A stretch of DNA of 32,000 bases. Origin: Zygophlyctis sp. KS116 (Eukaryota; Fungi; Chytridiomycota). Of the stretch, positions 23,063 through 32,000 are shown in pieces. The DNA lies in assembly GCA_054661495.1 (NCBI GenBank), contig BAAFSQ010000001.1, positions 60,001 through 92,000 on the forward strand. Direction: 5' to 3'. The notes below the pieces were generated by a model that saw only the letters and a program-made list of their open reading frames with translations, ran no database searches and was not told where the DNA came from. How positions within the stretch are numbered: the stretch's first letter is position 1; each line of letters opens with the position of its first letter. The position numbers were made by a program, and so were the translations under genes.

Positions 23063-25560
23063 TTAGGAATTATCAGGATTATGCTGAGATTAGATTAATA
23101 TTATGCTCACCTTGAACAAATACTCGGCCAAATAGTCTATAGGATCCTTTCATTAAAGAGATTATGACATACCTCAGGTCTGACTTTACACAGCTCAATT
23201 AGTCCTGAAGTGACTGAAGGCATCACATATTTCATTAGATAATTTCGAAGAGGCAAAGATTGTGCTTCTAAAACATCATGTTCCTGCTTTCGCACTTCTT
23301 CTAGCTTAAGTTTCTAGATATTTAGGGATTCACTTATTATAATACCCATTCTTGAACAGCTTTTGTATGCTTTTCCAATTCTTCTTTTTCCCGTGATTGT
23401 CGTTCAACTTCTTGAGCTTCCTGCTCCTTCATCTGTTCGATTAGAAAGTTGTACAATTACCAAGCGTTCCTCATCCGATCTCCTCTTCTCTGCAATCTTT
23501 TCCTTGGAAGGGCCATAGTTGTGTGGTTTGCCAATGTGCTTCAACATTGCCGCGAAGGCCTTATCTGTTTCGAATGTTTCAACTTGAACTGAAAATGGGT
23601 GTATTTCCAGCTCATCGAAATAATTCAGTACTGTATTTTCATCAGTGTCGTTTAGTCTAAAATCTTCTAGACGTTTTAAAAGTGCTAATTTATAAAATCT
23701 TGGTGAATGATACCTTCCTCAGAATTTTTCGTCCCTGCTGTAAGGATGTCGGGCAATTTCATTACACAATTCTTAATAAATGTATCACCTGCCTCCAATG
23801 ATATAATATTATCGGGAATAGTTTTTTCATTAAAAGGAATCATTCCCTTTTCGCTAGCGTCGTCGTCATTTTCAGCTAATAAAATTAGAATCAAAAAATA
23901 CATTTAAATAATTCTTTCGCTTCAGCCAATTTTGAGGGAAACCCATCCAACACATATCCTTGATTTTGGCAGGACATAGAGTTGATTCTTTTTTTAATTT
24001 GCTCTAAAATCTTTGCAGCAGGTACAGTCCCATCATTGCTTTTCAAAATATGGTTCAATTCTGATAAATCTTGTTTGGCCTCATCCATGCCTTCCTCTGA
24101 CTCATCACCACCCCTCGCAATCATGTCCTCCTATAAATTTTAAAAGAAAAATATACCAAACTAGCTATAGCATCCTTTATGACTTGTTCTGGTTCTAAAT
24201 AATGCAATTCATAAAATTCAGCGAGTTTTTTGGCGAACAATGTTTTTCCAGAAGCTGGTGGGCCATATACTACAATTTTCAAAGATGATAGACCACGAGC
24301 ATCACGATATTCTTCGAGAAAAGGCTGCATATTTTCAATCAGACCAGCCTATAAATCATTATTTTTAAAAATATACTTCATATTTCCATTCTACTGACAT
24401 GTCTTTGATACATCCTGGTTCTAATCTCAGATTTAATTGGAGAATATCAATATCAGTTTGTGATAATGCTGAATTCATGAAAGCACCTTCCTTTGGCATT
24501 TTTTTGACTTTTCCTGATCCCAAATTATCGCTAATACTCTAAAAGATTAAAAAATATTCCAACCTTTATAATATCAAATAATGTGCTCTTGGAATCATCC
24601 ACTGCAATTACATATCTTGTTTCTGGTGTATTTTCAGTTACTTCTACAATAATTGAAATCAAATCATCCAAATAAATTGTGGGAATAACGTTATTTCCTT
24701 CCCCATAACATAATAATTCTGGTTCATTTAACCATGCATTCTTAACTTTTAGAATTTTATGATTACCTTTATAATATTATGAAAGATACAATCTCCTGAG
24801 TGATATAAAATTCCCGAGGCAATCACATATGTTTTAAATGATGATTTCTTCCCAAATTTGATAATATTCTTTTCTACTGCTAAATGATTTTTAAAATTTG
24901 GATGAGGTTTCCTTCTTCTATATTCATCTTCAGCCAAAAAACTATCTGAATCATCCTTGATTGAGTATTTAAAATTTACCGAGTCAACCTTTGTTTTCGC
25001 CCAAGTCATGACTGTAGAAATCCCAATAAATATTTTTGGATGATCATCAAAGCTTTGAGCTAAACCAGACAACACTAATATTACTTTTAATCAAGTACTT
25101 TCAACTGCCCATCCTGCTTCATCGGGGTTTGCGGCAACATCATAAATAATTATATCGGACGCCAAAAGCGCACTTTTCAAAGATTCTTTATCTTCTCCAG
25201 CCTTTTACATTAAAATTTAAGATATACCTGTATGATCTCAGATACCCATGCTGGCTTTTTCCCAGAGACTGCGAATTTGGCAATAGCTTCTTTTCTGTTT
25301 GCATTCTTTTTGGAGTCCGAAGTAGCAAAAAAGTTTCCAGGATTACTTGCATCATTGGTCCCACATACAGTCCCAATTATTTGATAAGTTAACTTGGCCT
25401 TGGCTTCACTTTTTCTTATCGATTCTTCTTCTGCATTAACGTCATCTGACGGTGGAGCTTCATCTTCCGCTGGTCGTCTGGATCCAATAACAGTTTGCGA
25501 TAATACTCTTGACAATGAATAACCCACTGGGCTATCTACATTTGATATAAAGACTCTCAT
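23063..25560 (-). CDS. AK7: Axonemal adenylate kinase 7 (SDR-like N-terminus, AK domain, C-terminal Dpy-30 motif)
   Basis: Motifs [58 protein letters not shown] and [27 protein letters not shown]. Thirteen introns: 25202-25227, 25075-25098, 24956-24979, 24741-24766, 24539-24563, 24349-24376, 24131-24156, 23876-23901, 23685-23713, 23433-23460, 23314-23345, 23147-23172 and 23084-23110. Confidence 0.93.
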
Positions 25561-25716
25561 TTCGGAACTTAACGGAAATTATTGCCTTCGGGAGTTGATA
25601 TTACTGCCATCATTGGGATTTTAAGATATTGGATAATCATACTCGACTATATTTATTTTATTCGGTCGGAAAACTCAATGCTCAAATTAGAATAGAAGGA
25701 CCTTCAAATTCTCGTA

Positions 25717-27645
25717 ATGAGTTACACATCACAGCTGGAAGAAATAATTAACATTGTGCTAAAAGAATCCAATCTATTTGATGAACATGAATTGCAAATC
25801 ATAATATTATACCGATCGTTACCTCAGGAAGTTCAACTATTATATTACTATTTACTTCAACGGACTGGTAATGTTCGGCTTGGAGATGTCGAGGGATATG
25901 CAGATAAAATTCCCGCTTGGAAAGATGCTATAGATTTGCTTTTAGAAAGTAAACTCTTGACTGCTTCTGAAATAGAATCAGTAGATAATGGACTGGGAAT
26001 TTTAAAAAAAGATGAACTCACACGATTGGCAAAGAAGAGAAGGATTAATAGTAATTCAAAAACAGTAGGCTCTTTTTTAAATCTTATAAAAGAATTCAAG
26101 TTTAAGACAGGATTTGCTAGATTATAATAGTAATCAAACTGAAATTAATTTTGGGAATTCAGTACAGCCAAGGACTAGAATGTTGAATGAAATAATTCAA
26201 ATTATTGGACCGCTTGTAACTATACCATCAACAATTAGAAAAATATTTTCAAAAGTATCAGTCATTTACTCAAGAGAGCAAGAAATTCCTGAAAATCCAT
26301 TCTTAAATTCTATATTAACAAATTTAAATTCAGAGCACAAGAAAATCTTTCCAAAATATGAAATTCAAAGACTTGAAGGTCTTATTTGGAGCACTAGAGA
26401 GGAATTTTGTAGGTATTATAGAACTTTAGAATGTGAGGTTTACTGTAAAAGGCTTGAAGGTCAAAAGAATTGGAGTGAATTGGCTAATTTTTGTGACTCG
26501 AAAAAGGATGAATGGTCTGATTTTTTACAAGAATATACTGGGCATGTCACTGGGATTTCATGGCTAAAAGTTTATTCTTCGGGACATGTTTTAACTCGCA
26601 TTATGGAATTAGGAGTGACTGCATATTTCAGATTAAAAGAATATCAGATTGAGGTTGAACTTCTTCAATCTTTAATTTCTCAAAATGTATTTCTGACTGA
26701 ACATAAAGGGCGGTGGTATGATGAATTGACAAAAATCACTGATCTTTATCTTGATAAATCTCTTGCTAGACAATTGTGTTTAGAGGCTCTTAGTGATAAA
26801 TGTATAATTGCAAGTAAGAAATTTAATTTATCAAATTAATAGGAAGGAGAATATCAATCATTAAAAGAGCCCAAAAATTATTTAAAAAGGAAAACATATT
26901 GTTTGATAATCATTTGCAGGATATAAATACTGAATCTTTTCCAAAGTCAACCTTGTTAGGTATTTTATATGTATATTAATAGAAAGCTCAAAAAGTTCCT
27001 GGTGGAATCTCAGGTTCAAAGGCTCTTTATTTGGACACTGTGACCAGCCAAATTCTTTCTGTTGAAAATCTTGCATTAGCGCATTTTGAGTCTAAAGGAT
27101 GGAAAGGAGTACACTCTGAAAATTCAATAATCAAAACTATTTTTGGTCTATTATTCTGGGACATAATATTCATGGACGTCCCTGGAGTTTTTGTCTCTCC
27201 TTACCAAACCGCCCCAATGGATTTGGGCCATCCATGCTTTTACGAGTCAAGACGTGAAGAAATTGAATCGAGACTTGAGCTGATCAGGAATGGTAGTGCA
27301 AAATCAATACTGACACAAGTATACTCTCTCCAAGGTAGTAAGAATACTTTTTGTATTGGAGTAGATTGGCATTACTCTTGCACTGATTTATCAGAAATAA
27401 TTGATTGCATTGGTCCTCAAGCACTTTTATTCCTTTGTAGTCGGTTTGCAAAATTTTATAGAGTATATGGAGGAGGAATACCTGATTTATGCCTTTGGAA
27501 ACCAACAACCTCTGAAATTAAATTTGTAGAAGTCAAAGGTCCTGGTGACCGACTGTCTGACAAACAAGTATTATGGATAAGTGATTTCCTAAAAATCGGA
27601 ATAAGCGCAGAAATACTTTTAGTAGAATCTCTAAACAATGAATAA
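25717..27645 (+). CDS. FAN1: Fanconi-associated nuclease 1 (VRR-NUC)
   Basis: Motifs SVENLALAHF..GWKGVHSE, FGLLFWDIIF, YQTAPMDL, GGIPDLCLW and FVEVKGPGDRLSDKQ..W. Introns 26065-26092 (28), 26814-26842 (29) and 26960-26982 (23). Confidence 0.93.
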
Positions 27646-27972
27646 TTTTATTAAATGTGTAGAAAAACCTGAATTCTTGTCTGGACATGACCAACGCTAG
27701 CCTAAACAAATCATCTGTACTAGATCTGTCAAAAATATTTTCCAACTTTTTGTTGATTTAGAAAATGTCTGCCAATAACAATGAACCGGCCTTGGTTTAG
27801 ACGTTGTAACTTATTCAATCTCTAAATTTTCAAAATATTATTTTCAATCTTTAAATTTATGGTTGATCTCTCTTAATCTAGATCTAAATACGAATGAATG
27901 CTCTGAGAGTCCATCTCACCTTTTATTGATTAAATTGATCCATGTCATCCATAGGTGGGACAGCATTTTTGC

Positions 27973-28008
27973 CCACGTCATCCGGCGGGACAGGAACGGA
28001 TATAAAAG
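27973..28008 (+). promoter_or_regulatory. Candidate promoter: bZIP-type CCACGTCA element and TATA box (TATAAAAG)
   Basis: CCACGTCA at 27973-27980 lies in a GC-rich patch. TATAAAAG at 28001-28008 is about 40 nt before ATG 28048. Confidence 0.45.
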
Positions 28009-28047
28009 GAGCTGATTTTGGGTGGGACATCTTTAAAAAAATAAATA

Positions 28048-28398
28048 ATGATCTCTCCAAAAGCTTTCTTGGTTCTTCTCTTATCTTCAATCATGGTAAA
28101 TGTTAATGCAGCAGCGGTCTGTTCAGTTGGCTTAAATGCAAATGCTAAATGCAAAATGAATTGTCCAGATAACCAATGCAAAAGCCCCTACAAATGCTTT
28201 TCAGTTGATCAAGGAAACTTTTGTAAAGAGGTAACAGACCGGATAACATGTGGTAATAATGTTTGCCCCTCGGGGCAAAAATGCGTTTCTTCTTGGAAAT
28301 GGAAACGGGATGGACTTACTTGTAGATACTATAAAACCTGTATTCCTAAAAATAATAAAGCAGTTGACGAGTGTGACCCAGCTGATGATTGGATGTAA
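28048..28398 (+). CDS. Small secreted cysteine-rich protein (116 aa, 12 Cys)
   Basis: Signal-peptide-like MISPKAFLVLLLSSIMVNVNA, 12 cysteines in the mature part, intronless. Confidence 0.8.
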   Translation: MISPKAFLVLLLSSIMVNVNAAAVCSVGLNANAKCKMNCPDNQCKSPYKCFSVDQGNFCKEVTDRITCGNNVCPSGQKCVSSWKWKRDGLTCRYYKTCIPKNNKAVDECDPADDWM

Positions 28399-28524
28399 GT
28401 AATCATTATTAAAGTACGCTTTGAAAACTTGATCTTTTTTGAGTAGTAATCATATCTTTCCTTAAACCCCTCGACTCTATGTTGAGTACAATCTTTAAAC
28501 AATGAAAAGGAATTTAAAAAGTTT

Positions 28525-29659
28525 CTATGATAAAACCTGAATTTGATAAATACATGTATAATCCATGTTTCCCCAATTTGATAATATATGTACTTTTAAA
28601 GAGTCTATTGGCTCTAATACTTTTTTCAAGTGAAAAACACTTAATTTTTGTTCTTTTGGATCAAAAGTCCCATTTCCAATTAAAGTTTTCATAGAATAAA
28701 CTTGAACCTGTTTAGGAGCTGTACTAAAATCTGATAATTCATTTAAAGATGCATGTTGAATGACTAGAGTTTCTGGTATTATTTTTTCGGATAGTTTAAT
28801 AGCCACAAATCCACTCGCACCTAATTCTTTAAATTTCTTTAAAAATACCATTCATTGCCCAACAATCCCCAGGATTTCTTTTAGTCTCTAAAATAGACTC
28901 TACTAAATTTCTTGAAATCCTTTCAACTTTTGGAAACATTATTTTTAACCATTTAGACTTAAAATTCATTCTATAATCACTTGAAGCCTTTATAATCTTT
29001 GCACCTCTACTCTTTAAAGCATAATTAACTCTAGAATCCAACAAGTTTTCTAATAGTCCTATTTCCACTTTTTCTTGTAAAATCTCACATTTCTTGATAT
29101 CATTTCTGAAACTTGAAGTTAAATTTACAAATTCCATTCTAGACTCTTGATAAAACTCTTTTTTTTCCTTTTCTATAGACTCTAAAGAGAGAGATAAATT
29201 ATCCATTTTCCCTCTAATTTCCATAATTTGACTCTGCAACTCTAGAGTCTGAATAATTTGAGGAAATTCAGAGAGAGTATTGGCTGGCTTCATACTACTT
29301 TGATCATTAATTTGTAGATTAGCATTCAGCCTGATAGTATTTGTAGAGATAAAATCCATATTTTCACTTGAATTTCCAATAAAAACTCCAACTACATCAG
29401 TCCATTTTAGATAAAACCCAAGTATTATACTTGCAAATGCAATAAATCTCATGTACTTGGCTCCTGTATAGAAAATATAAATTACTACAGAGAGAATCCA
29501 AGAGACAATAGGAATCAAACTCTCTAGTAAATACAAGTAAGCTTTAAAATATGGACCATGATCAACTACAGTCTTTTCTATAATAGAAAATCCTCTTCCA
29601 TTCTCTAGAGAGACTTGAGTTCTCCTTAAAATTCTAGCAGAGCGTCTCGGTGTTTCCAT
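28525..29659 (-). CDS. SUN-domain (Sad1/UNC-84) nuclear envelope protein
   Basis: TM segments and a coiled coil, then NYALKSRGAKII, PGDCWAMNG|ASGFVAIKLS (intron 28821-28848, 28 nt), STAPK and ILSNWGNMDYTCIY. Confidence 0.9.
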
Positions 29660-29792
29660 TTTTCTTAAAGAATTTATTCATTTCCTCTTTTCTACTTGCA
29701 TACTTTTAGTTTTTAGTTTTTAGTTGTAAATAATAGTAGTAAATAATAGTAGTAAAGTAAGTCCAACAGTAATACTTGAAATAAAATGAAAT

Positions 29793-30221
29793 TCATGAAA
29801 ACTCTTCATCAGACTCTACAGACAACTTTCTCTTTTTCCTTAGAATTCCAGAATTCCTTCTCTTGAGACTCTCAGAGTACTCTTCAGAGTCTTCAGAATC
29901 CCATGTAAATTCATCATCAGAGACTTTTAAATCAATTGGTTTAAATCCAACTGAAGATCCAGAGAATATCCTATCAGACTCTGTAACTCTTCTCTTTCTC
30001 TCTTGTCGAAGTCCAATATATCCATCAAATCCCTTGACTAAATTCCCAAAATTAGTTTCATTCAAGTATGAGACTTCTAGAGTAAATAAATGAGACTCTA
30101 TAGACAAGAGTTTCTTTTCACAGTTTCTTTTAGAGTTTACTAGAGAATGTAGTTTCTTTTCTAGAGATTCCAGTTCTTTTCTAGAGTCTAAGAGTTCAGA
30201 ATTTGTGTCCTTGTTTGTCAT
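29793..30221 (-). CDS. EAF6: NuA4/NuA3 histone acetyltransferase subunit Eaf6
   Basis: L..IE..LFTLEVSYLNET.FGNLVKGFDGY and ESDRIFSGSS. Confidence 0.88.
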   Translation of the reverse strand: MTNKDTNSELLDSRKELESLEKKLHSLVNSKRNCEKKLLSIESHLFTLEVSYLNETNFGNLVKGFDGYIGLRQERKRRVTESDRIFSGSSVGFKPIDLKVSDDEFTWDSEDSEEYSESLKRRNSGILRKKRKLSVESDEEFS

Positions 30222-30317
30222 TTATTTTGTCTTGATATTTATAGATTTTATAGAAATTAGTAGATTTAATACCTTTTTAAAAGTCAAATAATTCTCAATA
30301 AAAGCAATTTCAAAACA

Positions 30318-30789
30318 TCAACTTAGAGTTGGTTTGTAGAATTTAAAAAGTAAAAGAGTTTCAACAGAATTCCAGTCACAGAGATTAATTTCTCTTAATC
30401 TTTTACAGGTTTTAGAACAATTGACTCTAGGAATTTCTAAAAATTAAAAAACTAAAATTACCAATTCCAGATCCATTTTCAAAATTCCTTTTTTCAGAGT
30501 CTATCAGTGATTTCTTATAATCATTCTTTAAATTACTAGTTAAATTATCAAAAGTAGAAAAGTAAGAGTCTAGTAAATCAAGAATATCAGTCTCTTGAAG
30601 TAATTCTAGAGTACTAGTCTCCAAATATTCTTTAAATAATCTAGTTTTTTTTAGTAAGAGTTCCTTTAAAGGATTAAGAGCAGTCTTCTTCTCTGGTTTA
30701 AGTAATTCTCTTTTGAGTTGTTTGGCTTTTCTAGAGTATGGATGTATTGGTTTTTTTGAATTTAAGAGATTCTTTTTACTTTTTCCCAT
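30318..30789 (-). CDS. TMA16: Translation machinery-associated protein 16
   Basis: IHPYSRKAKQL motif. Intron 30437-30461 (25 nt) gives GSGI|EIP and extends the frame to TGA at 30318. Confidence 0.75.
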
Positions 30790-30852
30790 TTCTTGATCTG
30801 TCGTTAGGACTGTGCCAAAGAGTTTCAGGTTAAAACTAATGTCCAGGATATT

Positions 30853-31671
30853 CTAAATCCTAGTAAATTCTTGTTCTGTTTGTAACCAATTAGATTTAGG
30901 GTAGTCAAATTTTCCTTCAATCATATGCCAAGTATATATCCATCTATTTTGATCAGAATTATTTTGAGCAGTTTTATGATAGACTGATCCATGTATAATT
31001 ACTAGAGTTCCTGCCCTTGTTGGAGTTTTAATAAAATCAGATTCTTTAAATTCAAAATTTTCCAATGGATTATAAATAAATTCTGTTCCTCCTTTACCAG
31101 ATCTAACCATTCTTTTAGCTATAGGTAATTTATGAGACCCAGGATAAAATTCCATACAACCATTTTCTAGTGTAGCATCTTGTAAACAAAACCAAAATCC
31201 AATAGTAGAGTCTGGATTAGTATATATAAAACTATTATCTTGATGAAAAGGAACTTGACCTCCAATTTTAGCCATTTTAAAAATCAACATTGACTGTAAA
31301 ATTCTTGCATCTATAAATCCTAATTCTAGAGCAATTTCCTTAATTTTGCTTGATGTAGAAAATTCTCTAAAAACTTGTTCATGAATATGTAGTCCATGTC
31401 CTATTTTATTGACTGATTCTTGTCTTGAAAACAATAATTTTCCATCTTTAAAAGCATTTGGTTCGTAAAAGTATCGAACCTTGTCACCAGAAGATAAAAA
31501 GTAATCATCTCCTACATGATCAGAGTCTCCAGTCCTAAAAAGACTAGTAGGAGGGTCTGCATTTTCCAATAACCCTATAGATTTCTGTATAAGAGGGGTT
31601 GGGTCTGCAAAGTCTGGAATTATGAGGAATCCATTTTTTTTAAAATCTTGTAAATCCTGTTTTGAGAGCAT
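30853..31671 (-). CDS. Phytanoyl-CoA dioxygenase family (PHYHD1-like) 2OG-Fe(II) oxygenase
   Basis: Motifs YFLSSGDKVRYF, VNKIGHGLH, QSMLIFK..IGG.V..HQD, DATLENGC, IHGSVYH and R..YTWH. Intronless. Confidence 0.93.
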   Translation of the reverse strand: MLSKQDLQDFKKNGFLIIPDFADPTPLIQKSIGLLENADPPTSLFRTGDSDHVGDDYFLSSGDKVRYFYEPNAFKDGKLLFSRQESVNKIGHGLHIHEQVFREFSTSSKIKEIALELGFIDARILQSMLIFKMAKIGGQVPFHQDNSFIYTNPDSTIGFWFCLQDATLENGCMEFYPGSHKLPIAKRMVRSGKGGTEFIYNPLENFEFKESDFIKTPTRAGTLVIIHGSVYHKTAQNNSDQNRWIYTWHMIEGKFDYPKSNWLQTEQEFTRI

Positions 31672-31787
31672 TTCCTATTTCCACTTTTCTTATTACCACT
31701 CTCTACTTTAACCACTTTTATAATTTAAAATTTAAAATTTAAAATTCAATTGAAAATTTAAACTTTTAAAAAGAGTGTTGGTGGTCC

Positions 31788-31842
31788 AGGTCTGACAAAA
31801 AGGTCACGCCAAAGGTCAAAATCCAGGTCAAAATCTAGGTCT
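31788..31842 (+). repeat. Five AGGTC(A) direct repeats at 12-13 nt period in the divergent PhyH/RPT1 intergenic region
   Basis: AGGTC starts at 31788, 31801, 31813, 31825 and 31837. Confidence 0.7.
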
Positions 31843-31856
31843 TTGAAAAGCTTAAA

Positions 31857-32000
31857 ATGGCCAAGAAAGATTGGGAGAAATACGATAAACCGCTCAATGA
31901 CAAAAAGGAAGAGATAAAGGCTCTAGACGAAGGAGATATTGCAATCCTAAAGACTTATGGCGTAGGTCCATACGCTAAAGAATTGAAAAAGTTGGAGTCT
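31857..32000 (+). CDS. RPT1: 26S proteasome AAA-ATPase Rpt1 (PSMC2), 5' part only
   Basis: Not in the ORF track. It translates as MAKKDWEKYDKPLNDKKEEIKALDEGDIAILKTYGVGPYAKELKKLES, the characteristic Rpt1 N-terminus. Confidence 0.92.
   Translation, partial: MAKKDWEKYDKPLNDKKEEIKALDEGDIAILKTYGVGPYAKELKKLES

Noticed and set aside
29703-29756. Short tandem duplications (TTTTTAG-type x3; GTAAATAATAGTA x2)
   Set aside because: Ordinary slippage repeats in an AT-rich spacer.
1-32000. Alternative genetic code, programmed frameshifts or pseudogenes as the cause of the fragmented ORFs
   Set aside because: Every break is resolved by a GT-AG micro-intron that restores conserved motifs, and TAA, TAG and TGA all serve as normal stops.

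Overview
This is AT-rich, very gene-dense eukaryotic DNA using the standard genetic code. It most likely comes from a zoosporic (chytrid-like) fungus: the Hsp70, HSF, Vps54, NTF2 and Rpt1 sequences are fungal-type, and the centriole/axoneme genes SAS-6 and AK7 are present. I could build about 23 gene models. The fragmented ORF track is explained by 51 GT-AG micro-introns that I delimited by hand (23-32 nt, mean about 27 nt). In my models the acceptor is always the first AG ending at least 23 nt from the donor. About a fifth of acceptors are purine-rich AAG and many introns have no pyrimidine tract, which points to a length-measuring spliceosome. Other notable items: a bacterial-type Acr3 arsenite exporter carrying a micro-intron, a truncated lid-less Hsp70 beside an F-box-like/93-nt-period ankyrin gene, a catalytically dead carboxylesterase homolog, a GC-rich hairpin upstream of HSF, a periodic AGGTCA array upstream of RPT1, a possible SYCP3-like coiled-coil protein, a secreted 12-Cys protein, and a 2.6-kb CpG-depleted domain. 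All family assignments come from recalled motifs, not database searches.
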